From NCBI GenBank assembly GCA_019747075.1, contig JAIERF010000023.1:19017-83016 (forward strand): a DNA stretch of 64,000 bases, given 5' to 3'. The stretch's first letter is position 1, and each line of letters starts with the position of its first letter. The notes beneath the pieces are model-generated. The model did no database searches. It saw only the letters and a program-made list of their open reading frames with translations, and was not told the origin of the DNA. Shown here piece after piece: positions 1 through 10,646 of this stretch. The DNA is from Pseudomonadaceae bacterium (GTDB lineage: Bacteria > Pseudomonadota > Gammaproteobacteria > Pseudomonadales > Pseudomonadaceae). The translations under genes were made by a program, and so were the position numbers.

Positions 1-1584
1 ACCCCGACTGGCTTTAAAGAAGCCTACCAGCAGTACGTTGAAGGTGGCTGGCCGAGCCTGTCCCACGACGTTGACCACGGCGGCCAAGGCCTGCCGGAGT
101 CCCTCGGTCTGGTGCTGAGCGAGCTGGTTGGCGAATCCAACTGGTCGTGGGGCATGTACCCAGGTCTGTCCCATGGCGCGATGAACACCCTCGCCGAGCA
201 TGGTACTGACGACCAGAAACACACCTACCTGACCAAGCTGGTTTCCGGTGAGTGGACCGGCACCATGTGCCTGACCGAGCCGCACTGCGGCACCGACCTG
301 GGCATGCTGCGCACCAAGGCCGAGCCTCAGGCTGATGGTTCGTACAAAGTGTCCGGCACCAAGATCTTCATCTCCGCTGGCGAACACGACATGGCCGATA
401 ACATCGTCCACATCGTACTGGCTCGCCTGCCGGACGCCCCGCAGGGCACCAAAGGTATTTCGCTGTTCATCGTGCCGAAGTTCAATGTCAACGCAGATGG
501 CAGCGTGGGTTCGCGCAACGCCGTTTCCTGTGGTTCGCTCGAACACAAGATGGGCATCCACGGTAACGCTACCTGCGTGATGAACTTTGATGGCGCCACC
601 GGTTTCCTGATCGGCCCAGCCAACAAGGGTCTGAACTGCATGTTCACCTTCATGAACACTGCTCGTCTGGGTACTGCTCTGCAGGGTCTGGCTCACGCCG
701 AAATCGGCTTCCAGGGCGGCCTGAAATACGCTCGCGAGCGTCTGCAGATGCGCTCCCTGACTGGCCCGAAAGCGCCGGACAAAGCCGCTGACCCGATCAT
801 CGTCCACCCGGACGTACGTCGTATGCTGCTGACCATGAAAGCCTTCGCCGAAGGCAACCGCGCGATGGTGTACTTCACTGCCAAGCAGGTCGACATCGTC
901 AAGTACAGCGAGAACGAAGAAGACAAGAAAGCCGCCGATGGTCTGTTGGCTTTCCTGACTCCGATCGCCAAAGCGTTCATGACTGAAGTGGGCTTCGAAG
1001 CGGCTAACCACGGCGTGCAGATCTATGGCGGCCACGGCTTCATCGCCGAGTGGGGCATGGAGCAGAACGTTCGCGACAGCCGTATTTCCATGCTGTACGA
1101 AGGCACCACCGGTATCCAGGCGCTGGACTTGCTGGGTCGCAAGATCCTGATGACTCAAGGCGGAGCGCTGAAAGGCTTCACCAAGATCATCCACAAGTTC
1201 TGCCAGACCAACGAAGCCAACGATGCCGTCAAGGAATTCGTTGCGCCGCTGGCTGAGCTGAACAAGGAGTGGGGCGACATCACCATGAAAGTGGGGATGG
1301 CCGCGATGAAAGACCGTGAAGAAGTCGGTGCCGCTTCGGTGGACTACCTGATGTACTCCGGTTACGCCTGCCTGGCCTACTTCTGGGCTGACATGGCGCG
1401 TCTGGCTGCCGAGAAACTGGCTGCCGGTACCGACGAAGAGGCCTTCTACAAGGCCAAGCTGCAGACTGCGCGCTTCTACTTCCAGCGCATCCTGCCGCGC
1501 ACCCGTGGCCTGGTCGTGACCATGCTGTCGGGCGCCAACAACTTGATGGACATGGCCGAAGAAGACTTCGCCTTGGGCTACTAA
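1..1584 (+). CDS. Acyl-CoA dehydrogenase (PA0506-like), 5'-truncated by the window edge
   Basis: The frame of ORF 112..1584 is open back to base 1 (TPTGFKEAYQQYVEGGW...). ACAD motifs: TMCLTEPHCGTDL, GTKIFISAGEHD, EHKMGIHG, QIYGGHGF, LYEGTTGIQALDL. Confidence 0.93.
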   Translation, partial: TPTGFKEAYQQYVEGGWPSLSHDVDHGGQGLPESLGLVLSELVGESNWSWGMYPGLSHGAMNTLAEHGTDDQKHTYLTKLVSGEWTGTMCLTEPHCGTDLGMLRTKAEPQADGSYKVSGTKIFISAGEHDMADNIVHIVLARLPDAPQGTKGISLFIVPKFNVNADGSVGSRNAVSCGSLEHKMGIHGNATCVMNFDGATGFLIGPANKGLNCMFTFMNTARLGTALQGLAHAEIGFQGGLKYARERLQMRSLTGPKAPDKAADPIIVHPDVRRMLLTMKAFAEGNRAMVYFTAKQVDIVKYSENEEDKKAADGLLAFLTPIAKAFMTEVGFEAANHGVQIYGGHGFIAEWGMEQNVRDSRISMLYEGTTGIQALDLLGRKILMTQGGALKGFTKIIHKFCQTNEANDAVKEFVAPLAELNKEWGDITMKVGMAAMKDREEVGAASVDYLMYSGYACLAYFWADMARLAAEKLAAGTDEEAFYKAKLQTARFYFQRILPRTRGLVVTMLSGANNLMDMAEEDFALGY

Positions 1585-1607
1585 GTTGTAAGCCTGCCTG
1601 CGGGCGC

Positions 1608-1642
1608 AAAAAGCCGCGCACCTTCGGGTTCGCGGCTTTTTT
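1608..1642 (+). terminator. Rho-independent terminator
   Basis: AAAAAGCCGCG-caccttcgggtt-CGCGGCTTTTTT hairpin with a U-tract just after the stop codon. Confidence 0.85.
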
Positions 1643-1814
1643 GTGCGCGCGTTTTAAGTCGGCGGCCGTGTGTGGTGTGGCATGGCGCGGGCGTTTCGTC
1701 TGGCAAATCGGCGCAAATAATGGTTTTGCGCACTGATCGGGTGTCGAACAGGCGCCAAGCAGGCAGAATGCCAGTCACTGCCGCCGTTTGTTTGCGGCTG
1801 ATCTGGAGTTCGTT

Positions 1815-3107
1815 TTGTCGCGCTTTTCTGCCCTGCGCTTCGGCCATTTCCTGCCTTCCCTGCTGTTGCTCGGTGCCGGGCTGCTGGCGACCAGTCTGGT
1901 TTCCCTGAGCGAGTTCTTTGTCTCGCTGTTCAATGTGCTGCCGACCCTGCTGCTCTTGCTCGGCGGTACCTTCTGCATGGTCTATAGCCGGCAGCGTGAG
2001 TTGTTTCTGTTGCTCACGGTGTACCTCGCCTATTTCCTGCTGGATACGCAAACCGATCACTTTCGCGCCAGCGGCAGTGTGCGTGAGGATGGCGCGCTGA
2101 TTTTCCATCTCTGCTGCCTGCTGTTGCCGCTGCTGTATGGTTTGTATGCCGTCTGGCAGGAGCGTACCCAGTTGGCGCAGGATCTGATTGCCCGCGCGGC
2201 GGTGCTATTGGCCGTGGTCGGCGTAGCGGTGGCGCTGCAACAGCGCTTTCCCGCGCCTCTGCTGACCTGGCTGGCGGAGATCCGGTGGCCGGCGTTGCAT
2301 GCCTCCTGGATGAGCCTGATCCAGTTTGTCTATCCGTTGTTCCTGCTCGCGTTTATCGGCTTGCTGGTGCAATACCTGCGTCAGCCGCGTCCGCTGCATG
2401 CGGCGCAATTGGTCGGTTTGCTGGGCTTGTTGTGGATGCTGCCGCGGGTGTTTATCCAGCCCCAGGCGCTGAACATCATGAGCAGTCAGGTGATGCTGAT
2501 GATTGCCGTGGCGGTGGCCCATGAAGCCTACCAAATGGCCTTTCGCGATGAGCTGACCGGCTTGCCGGGGCGGCGCGCACTGAATGAACATTTGCAGCGT
2601 CTGGGCCGCCAGTACGTGATCGCCATGGCCGACGTCGACCATTTCAAGCAGTTCAACGACACCCATGGCCATGATGTCGGTGATCAGGTGTTGCGCGTGG
2701 TCGCCGGGCAATTACGCAAGATCTCTGGTGGCGGCAAGGCCTATCGCTATGGCGGTGAAGAGTTCACCCTGGTGTTTCCCGGCAAGACCATCGAGCAGTG
2801 CCTGCCGCACCTGGAAGTGGTGCGCGCGGCGGTTGAGGGTTATCTGTTGCAGCTGCGCGAGCAGGGCCAGCGCCCGCGGGATGATCAGCAGGGGCGGCAG
2901 AAGCGTCGCGCCAAGGCGGCGGGCAGTGTTTCCGTGACGATCAGCATCGGCGTGGCTCAGCGCCAGGCGTCGCAGTTGACGACCGAGGCCGTGCTCAAGG
3001 CCGCCGACCAAGCGCTGTATAGCGCCAAGGGGGCTGGGCGCAATCGAGTGGTGGCCCACGGTCAGGTGCGCCGCGGCGCTGTGCGGGTAGCCGCTGTAGA
3101 GGCTTGA
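1815..3107 (+). CDS. Membrane-anchored diguanylate cyclase (GGDEF domain)
   Basis: Multiple hydrophobic segments, then DELTGLPGRR, DVDHFKQFNDTHGHDVGD, RYGGEEF and ADQALYSAK. A TTG start at 1815 follows GGAG (1805-1808); the ORF track starts at 1788. Confidence 0.9.
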   Translation: MSRFSALRFGHFLPSLLLLGAGLLATSLVSLSEFFVSLFNVLPTLLLLLGGTFCMVYSRQRELFLLLTVYLAYFLLDTQTDHFRASGSVREDGALIFHLCCLLLPLLYGLYAVWQERTQLAQDLIARAAVLLAVVGVAVALQQRFPAPLLTWLAEIRWPALHASWMSLIQFVYPLFLLAFIGLLVQYLRQPRPLHAAQLVGLLGLLWMLPRVFIQPQALNIMSSQVMLMIAVAVAHEAYQMAFRDELTGLPGRRALNEHLQRLGRQYVIAMADVDHFKQFNDTHGHDVGDQVLRVVAGQLRKISGGGKAYRYGGEEFTLVFPGKTIEQCLPHLEVVRAAVEGYLLQLREQGQRPRDDQQGRQKRRAKAAGSVSVTISIGVAQRQASQLTTEAVLKAADQALYSAKGAGRNRVVAHGQVRRGAVRVAAVEA

Positions 3108-3235
3108 ATGCGCTGCGCGTGACTTTTTGCGTTTTTACAGTCACGCAGTGACCCTTTTGCTCTTTCCTGTTGTTCGCTACAATCGCCGCCTGATTGAAAT
3201 GGCTATCCCGCCAGTCTTTTTTCGTGAGGTTGCAC

Positions 3236-5014
3236 ATGGCTGACTACAAGGCGCCCCTGCGCGATATGCGCTTCGTCCTCAATGAAGTATTTGAGGTTTC
3301 CAAGCTGTGGGCACAACTGCCGGCCTTGGCTGATGTAGTGGACGAAGACACCGCCGCCGCCATCCTCGAAGAAGCTGGCAAGGTTACTGCTGGCGTCATC
3401 GCCCCGCTCAACCGTAGCGGTGACGAAGAAGGCTGTGCCTGGACCAATGGCGTGGTCAATACCCCGGCCGGCTTCCCGGCAGCCTATAAAGCCTACGCCG
3501 AAGGCGGCTGGGTTGGCGTGGGTGGTGATCCCGTATTCGGCGGCATGGGCATGCCCAAGGCGATCTCGGCCCAGGTTGAAGAAATGGTCAACTCGGCCAA
3601 CCTGTCGTTCGGTCTGTATCCGATGCTGACCGCCGGTGCTTGCCTGTCGATCAACGCCCACGCCAGTGAAGAGCTGAAAGAGCAGTACCTGCCGAACATG
3701 TATTCCGGCGTTTGGGCTGGCTCCATGTGCCTGACCGAGCCGCACGCCGGTACCGACTTGGGGATTATCCGCACCAAGGCCGAACCGCAGGCCGATGGCA
3801 GCTACAAGATTTCCGGCACCAAGATCTTCATCACCGGCGGTGAGCACGACCTGACCGAGAACATCATTCACTTGGTGCTGGCCAAGCTGCCGGACGCTCC
3901 GGCTGGCCCGAAAGGCATCTCGCTGTTCCTAGTGCCGAAAGTTATGGTCAACGCCGATGGCTCCCTGGGTGAGAATAACTCGCTGTCTTGCGGCTCGATC
4001 GAGCACAAGATGGGCATCAAGGCTTCGGCCACCTGCGTGATGAACTTCGACGGCGCCACTGGCTGGATCGTCGATGCGCCGAACAAAGGCCTTGCGGCCA
4101 TGTTCACCATGATGAACTACGAGCGTCTGGGCGTCGGTATCCAGGGCCTTTCCCTAGGCGAGCGCAGCTACCAGAACGCCGTGGAATACGCCCGTGACCG
4201 TATCCAGAGCCGTGCGCCGACCGGTCCGGTGGCCAAAGACAAAGCCGCTGACCCGATCATCGTGCACCCGGACGTACGCCGCATGCTGCTGACCATGAAA
4301 GCGCTGAACGAAGGCGGTCGTGCCTTCTCCAGCTACGTGGCCATGCAGTTGGACACCGCCAAGTTTAGCGAAGACGCCGCTACCCGTAAGCGCGCGGAAG
4401 AACTGGTCGCCTTGCTGACCCCGGTGGCCAAGGCCTTCCTTACCGATATGGCGCTGGAAACCACCACCCACGGCCAGCAGATTTTTGGCGGCCACGGTTA
4501 TATCCGTGAGTGGGGCCAAGAGCAGCTGATTCGCGACTGCCGCATCACCCAGATCTACGAAGGCACCAACGGCATCCAGGCCCTCGATCTGGTCGGCCGT
4601 AAAGTGGTTGGCAGCGGCGGTGCGTTCTACAAGCACTTCGCCGAAGAGATCAAAGCCTTCACCGACAGCGCCGATGCGTCCCTGGCTGAGTTCGTTAACC
4701 CGCTGAAAGACGCCATCGCCAATCTGGAGCTGATGACCGCCGATCTGCTGGAACGCGCCAAGGCTAACCCGAACGAAGTCGGTGCCGCCTCGGTCGAGTA
4801 CCTGCAGGTGTTCGGTTACACCGCCTACGCCTATATGTGGGCCCTGATGGCACGCACCGCGCTGGCCAAGCAGGATCAGGATGAGTTCTACGTGAGTAAA
4901 CTGGGCACCGCGCGCTTCTTCTTCGCTCGCCTTTTGCCGCGTATCCACTCGCTGACTGCTTCGGTTAAAGCTGGTAGTGAGTCGTTGTACTTGCTCGATG
5001 CGGCGCAGTTCTAA
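3236..5014 (+). CDS. Acyl-CoA dehydrogenase (PA0508-like)
   Basis: MADYKAPLRDMRF start after GAGG. Motifs SMCLTEPHAGTDL, EHKMGIKAS, QIFGGHGY, IYEGTNGIQALDL. Confidence 0.93.
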   Translation: MADYKAPLRDMRFVLNEVFEVSKLWAQLPALADVVDEDTAAAILEEAGKVTAGVIAPLNRSGDEEGCAWTNGVVNTPAGFPAAYKAYAEGGWVGVGGDPVFGGMGMPKAISAQVEEMVNSANLSFGLYPMLTAGACLSINAHASEELKEQYLPNMYSGVWAGSMCLTEPHAGTDLGIIRTKAEPQADGSYKISGTKIFITGGEHDLTENIIHLVLAKLPDAPAGPKGISLFLVPKVMVNADGSLGENNSLSCGSIEHKMGIKASATCVMNFDGATGWIVDAPNKGLAAMFTMMNYERLGVGIQGLSLGERSYQNAVEYARDRIQSRAPTGPVAKDKAADPIIVHPDVRRMLLTMKALNEGGRAFSSYVAMQLDTAKFSEDAATRKRAEELVALLTPVAKAFLTDMALETTTHGQQIFGGHGYIREWGQEQLIRDCRITQIYEGTNGIQALDLVGRKVVGSGGAFYKHFAEEIKAFTDSADASLAEFVNPLKDAIANLELMTADLLERAKANPNEVGAASVEYLQVFGYTAYAYMWALMARTALAKQDQDEFYVSKLGTARFFFARLLPRIHSLTASVKAGSESLYLLDAAQF

Positions 5015-5066
5015 GAGGCAATAGTCGTCCGCTGCCTTGCTAGGCGGCTGACGGGTAGATAGCACT

Positions 5067-5110
5067 AAACAAAAGCCCGGCAGGCGCAAACCTGTCGGGC
5101 TTTTTGTTTT
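5067..5110. terminator. Bidirectional intrinsic terminator between the convergent ACAD gene and ponA
   Basis: AAACAAAAGCCCGGCAGG-cgcaaa-CCTGTCGGGCTTTTTGTTTT, with A and T tracts on both sides. Confidence 0.85.
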
Positions 5111-5211
5111 TTCGGTTGGCGGGGCGAAATGTTAGCGGCGAATTTTCAGTTGCCCTGCGAGCGAGTCCGCAGTGTTTCTTGGGCGGGTTTGATTACCGAT
5201 GTGCTTGCCGA

Positions 5212-7629
5212 TCAGAACAGGTCGATGGGCGCTGCTTCATCCGCCGGCAGCGGGCTGCCTAGGGGGCTTTGGCTTGGGTCGAGTTCGCCCATTGAGGGGG
5301 GCGAGTCCTCACTCTTGAATAGTTCGAAATAGGCGTTGGCGTTGCCTGGTGAGGCGGCTCGGCCAGTAATGGGGTCGACGCGCAGGGTTAATATGCCGGC
5401 GGGTTCGGGCAGCAGGTGAGCGGGTTTGTCTTTCAGGGCGACGCTCATGTAGTTCATCCAAATGGGCAGTGCGACGGTGCCGCCAAACTCCATTCGTCCC
5501 AGGCTCTCCGGTTGGTCAAAGCCGCTCCAGACGGTGGTGGTGTAGTCGGCGTTGTAGCCAGAGAACCAGCTGTCTTTTGATTCGTTGGTGGTGCCTGTCT
5601 TGCCGGCCAAATCACTACGGCCCATGGCCAGTGCGCGTCGCCCGGTGCCGCGCTTGATGACGTCCTGGAGCATGTTGGTGAGGATGAAGGCGGTGCGCTC
5701 ATCAATGATGCGCTCGGCGGCCGTCGGCTCAATGGTTGTCGCGTTGGCGTCGGCATTGATGGTATTGGGCAGGTCTTGGTCATCGATGCTCTGTGGGCTG
5801 TTTTGCGGCACGCTGGCCGGATTGGCGATAAAGAGCGGTCGGCCGTCGCGGCTTTCGATTCGGTCGATCAGATAGGGCTGAACTTTGTAGCCGCCATTGG
5901 CGAAGGTGGACCAGCCCGTGGCGACTTCCATGGGGGTCAGATTGGCGGTGCCCAGCGCCAGGGAAAGGTTGCGTGGCAAATCCTCTTTGTTGAAGCCGAA
6001 GCGTGCTACATAGTCGCGGGCGTAATCGATACCAATGGCTTGCAGAACGCGGATGGATACCAAGTTGCGCGATTTATACAGCGCTTCACGCAGGCGAATG
6101 GGACCGAGGAAGGTGTTGTTGTCATTTTTGGGGCGCCAGGCTTCTTCCATGCCGGCTTCTTGGAACACGATTGGGGCATCATTGACTAGGCTGCTGGCGG
6201 TGAAGCCGTTATCCAGTGCCGCGCTGTAGATAAAGGGTTTGAAGCTTGAGCCAGGTTGACGCTTGGCCTGGATCGCACGGTTGTAGTTGCTTTGCTCAAA
6301 CGAGAAGCCGCCAACCAGGGCGCGTATCGCGCCGTTCTGCGGGTCAAGCGAGGCGAGCGCTGCTTGTGCGGTGGGGATCTGGCTGAAGTTCAGGCTGCCG
6401 TCTGTCTGGCGCTGTACGCGGACAAGATCGCCGAGTTGCACAACGTCAGCGGGCTTCTGCGGGCGGGCGCCCATACTATCGGGGCCGAGAAACGGGCGGG
6501 CCCACTTCATGCTGCTCCACGTTACGGTTTCTTCCTGGCCGCTGCGGGTAAGGACCAGAATGCCGCTCTTTTCGATTTGACTGACGATGGCCGGTTCCAG
6601 GCCACCGATTGAGCGGTGTTTAGTTAGTTCCTTTAGCCAGGTCTCACGGCTCATGCCGGGCAGGCGGGTTTGTGGGCCGCGATAGCCATGGCGCTGGTCG
6701 TAGCTCAGCAGGCCGCTTCGAACAGCCAGGCTGGCAGCCTGTTGCAGCCCGCTGGAGACGCTAGTGGTTACCCGGAAGCCTTCGGTGTAGGCGTCACTGC
6801 CATAGCGACCGACCATTTCGGCACGGGCCATTTCGGCAATATAAGGGGCTTCCAGTTCGGGCGTGGAGCCGTGGTATGTCGCATTGAGCGGCTCGTCGAG
6901 AGCGCTTTGATAGCGCGCCTGGTCAATTTTGCCCAGTTTCAGCATGCGCCCCAGAATCCAGTCGCGACGTTCTTTGCTGCGTGTGGGATTGGCCAGCGGA
7001 TTGAAGCGTGAGGGTGCCTTGGGTAGCCCGGCAATCATTGCCAGTTGCGCCAGACTGGCATCACGGATGGATTTGCCGTAGTAGACCTGGGATGCCGCTT
7101 CGATGCCGTAGGCGCGATTGCCGAGATAAATCTTGTTGACGTATAGCTCGAGAATCTCGTCCTTGCTCAGCTCACGTTCAATCTGCAGGGCCAGGAGAAT
7201 TTCGTTGATCTTGCGCGAGAAGCTGCGTTCGCTGCTGAGAAAGAAATTCTTCGCGACTTGCATGGTGATGGTGCTGCCGCCGGATTGAATATGGCCGCTT
7301 TGCAATAATTGCGAGGCGGCCCGCATCAGGCTGGTAGGGTCAACGCCATAATGGTTGGCGAAATTGTCGTCTTCTGCGGACAAAATGGCGTTGATAAAGT
7401 CGGGCGGGATGTCTTGGAAGCGAATCGGGCTGCGGCGCATTTCGCCAAATTCAGCGATCAGTTTGTTGTCACTGCTGTATACCCTGAGGGGGATTTGCAA
7501 TTGGATGCTGCGCAGTGACTCGACGGATGGCAGGCCGGGGCTAAGATAGAGGTAAGCTCCGCTCAGGCTGAGGAGCAGCCCACAAAAAACGGCAAGCGCC
7601 GACCAGCAGAAAAACTTCAGCAGACGCAT
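5212..7629 (-). CDS. mrcA: Penicillin-binding protein 1A (transglycosylase/transpeptidase)
   Basis: N-terminal TM anchor; transglycosylase motifs EDDNF, GGSTITMQVAKN, RKINE; transpeptidase motifs SSFK, SRN, KTG. Divergent from pilM, as expected for ponA. Confidence 0.96.
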   Translation of the reverse strand: MRLLKFFCWSALAVFCGLLLSLSGAYLYLSPGLPSVESLRSIQLQIPLRVYSSDNKLIAEFGEMRRSPIRFQDIPPDFINAILSAEDDNFANHYGVDPTSLMRAASQLLQSGHIQSGGSTITMQVAKNFFLSSERSFSRKINEILLALQIERELSKDEILELYVNKIYLGNRAYGIEAASQVYYGKSIRDASLAQLAMIAGLPKAPSRFNPLANPTRSKERRDWILGRMLKLGKIDQARYQSALDEPLNATYHGSTPELEAPYIAEMARAEMVGRYGSDAYTEGFRVTTSVSSGLQQAASLAVRSGLLSYDQRHGYRGPQTRLPGMSRETWLKELTKHRSIGGLEPAIVSQIEKSGILVLTRSGQEETVTWSSMKWARPFLGPDSMGARPQKPADVVQLGDLVRVQRQTDGSLNFSQIPTAQAALASLDPQNGAIRALVGGFSFEQSNYNRAIQAKRQPGSSFKPFIYSAALDNGFTASSLVNDAPIVFQEAGMEEAWRPKNDNNTFLGPIRLREALYKSRNLVSIRVLQAIGIDYARDYVARFGFNKEDLPRNLSLALGTANLTPMEVATGWSTFANGGYKVQPYLIDRIESRDGRPLFIANPASVPQNSPQSIDDQDLPNTINADANATTIEPTAAERIIDERTAFILTNMLQDVIKRGTGRRALAMGRSDLAGKTGTTNESKDSWFSGYNADYTTTVWSGFDQPESLGRMEFGGTVALPIWMNYMSVALKDKPAHLLPEPAGILTLRVDPITGRAASPGNANAYFELFKSEDSPPSMGELDPSQSPLGSPLPADEAAPIDLF

Positions 7630-7786
7630 CAAGATTTGTGGATTTCCAGATAAAAGAAAGAGTTAAGCGGCAGGCAAAGCGAAAAGAGGAAAACTGGTCA
7701 CATTATAAGCGGTTTTTTTGCTAGGTAGCCATTTGCGCTTCTGTCAAGACTGATATTTAATGTGAAAAAACATAAACAGTCCGTAA

Positions 7787-8877
<1,091 letters not shown>

Positions 8878-8878
<1 letters not shown>

Positions 8879-9450
8879 TGGCGCGGATTAACCTACTTCC
8901 CTGGCGGGAACAGCTGCGTGAAGAGCGCAAGCAGCGATTTCTAGTAACCCTGGCGGGTGTTTTGATTGTCGCTGGTGGTGCTGTATTTCTTGGTGATCAG
9001 TACCTTAACGGTGCGATTGAACAACAAAACGCCCGTAATGATTATGTGCGCAAAGAAATTGCCGTACTGGATGCACGCATCAAAGAAATCAGCGAGTTAA
9101 AAACGCGGCGTCAGCAGTTGCTGGAGCGGATGAAGATCATTCAGGACCTTCAGGGCAATCGACCGATTATCGGTCGGGTGTTTGATCAGTTGGTTCGTAC
9201 GCTGCCTGATGGCGTGTATTTTACCGGGTTGAAAATGACCGGTAAGAGCATCGCCATTGTTGGTGCGGCGGAGTCGAATAACCGGGTTTCCAATCTGATG
9301 CGCAATCTAGATGGTTCCGAGTGGCTGGATGCACCTAACCTGACAGAGGTTAAGGCATTGACCGCTGGCGAGTGGGGACAGGCAAATGTCTTCCAGCTTA
9401 CGGTGCAGCAAACACAGCCTGCAGTTGAAGCAGAAGGGGCTAAGAAATGA
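8878..9450 (+). CDS. pilN: Type IV pilus assembly protein PilN
   Basis: MARINLLPW signature; the ATG overlaps the pilM stop. Confidence 0.95.
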
Positions 9451-10070
9451 GTTTGGCCGAATCTCTTGAAGGCTTGCGCAAGGTCGACCTTGCCGACCTG
9501 GATATTAATAATCTGGGCTCTTGGCCGTCTGCAATTAAAGTAATTGCCTGTTTTTTACTGTTGATCGTTGTTTTGGCGCTTGGTTATAACTTTCATTTGA
9601 AAGACTTGGAGGCTGATCTCGATCAGCGTCACGCCGAAGAGGAAACGCTCAAGCAGCAGTTTTCCACCAAGGCATTTCAGGCAGCCAATCTGGAAGCCTA
9701 CAAGGACCAAATGAAGGAAATGGAAACTTCCTTTGGTGCGCTGTTAAGGCAGTTGCCAAGTGATACCGAGGTTCCGGGGTTGCTCGAAGACATTACCCGT
9801 ACTGGCTTGGGTAGTGGCTTGGAGTTTGAGCAGATTAAATTGCTGCCGGAAGTCACTCAGCAGTTCTATATCGAATTGCCCATTCAAATTAGCGTGTTGG
9901 GCCGCTATGAGGATCTGGCAACGTTTGCCAGTGGCGTAGCAAGTCTGCCGCGTATCGTGACCTTGCATGACTTTGAGATGATTCCTGTTGAGGGTGATAG
10001 TGCGTCCAGGTTGCGAATGAGTGTTCTGGCCAAAACCTATCGATACAACGATAAGGGGTTGCAGAAATGA
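9447..10070 (+). CDS. pilO: Type IV pilus assembly protein PilO
   Basis: TM segment plus coiled coil; LLRQLPSDTEVPGLLEDI and AKTYRY motifs. Confidence 0.95.
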   Translation: MSLAESLEGLRKVDLADLDINNLGSWPSAIKVIACFLLLIVVLALGYNFHLKDLEADLDQRHAEEETLKQQFSTKAFQAANLEAYKDQMKEMETSFGALLRQLPSDTEVPGLLEDITRTGLGSGLEFEQIKLLPEVTQQFYIELPIQISVLGRYEDLATFASGVASLPRIVTLHDFEMIPVEGDSASRLRMSVLAKTYRYNDKGLQK

Positions 10071-10594
10071 TGAGCGCCCGACTATTTATTAGCCTGTTCG
10101 TTACTGCTTGCTTGGCAGGTTGTGACGCCAGCAGTCAATTTGTTGATCTTCAAGCTTATATGGATGAGGTTCGTGCGCGCCCTAAGGGATCAATTGAACC
10201 TTTGCCAAAATTCCAACCCTATGAAGCGTTTACCTACAACGCTGGTGGAATGCGCAGTCCTTTCCAGAAACCGGTAAAAATAGATGTAGCCAGCCAGCAG
10301 AAGGGTTCGAAAGACATAAAGCCAGACGAGAGCAGGGTCAAACAGTTTTTGGAAGGCTTCAATATCGAAGTTTTCGAAATGGCGGGTACCCTTTCGGATA
10401 ATGTTGGTGTCTTTGGTTTGGTTCAGGGAGCTGGAGGTGTCTACCGAGTCAAAGTGGGCGACTACCTTGGGCGTAACCATGGGCGCATCGTCTCGGTGAC
10501 TGAGTCGAAGATCGATGTGGTAGAAATCGTGCCAGATGGCGAAGGGGGATGGCTTGAGCGTCCGCGTAGCCTGGCCCTCAGAGAGCGCTCTTAG
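10067..10594 (+). CDS. pilP: Type IV pilus lipoprotein PilP
   Basis: Lipobox LAGC; RSPF and VKVGDYLGRNHGRI motifs. Confidence 0.95.
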   Translation: MMSARLFISLFVTACLAGCDASSQFVDLQAYMDEVRARPKGSIEPLPKFQPYEAFTYNAGGMRSPFQKPVKIDVASQQKGSKDIKPDESRVKQFLEGFNIEVFEMAGTLSDNVGVFGLVQGAGGVYRVKVGDYLGRNHGRIVSVTESKIDVVEIVPDGEGGWLERPRSLALRERS

Positions 10595-10646
10595 TGGGTG
10601 GGTTACTATGAACAAAAATTACCGGTCGGCTAAACGGAACCAAATA

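Noticed and set aside
778-4302. Near-identical ~65-nt stretches in the two ACAD paralogues (about 778-842 and 4238-4302), possible gene conversion
   Set aside because: They encode a conserved motif (DKAADPIIVHPDVRRMLLTMKA) and differ at synonymous sites. Protein conservation plus codon bias suffices.
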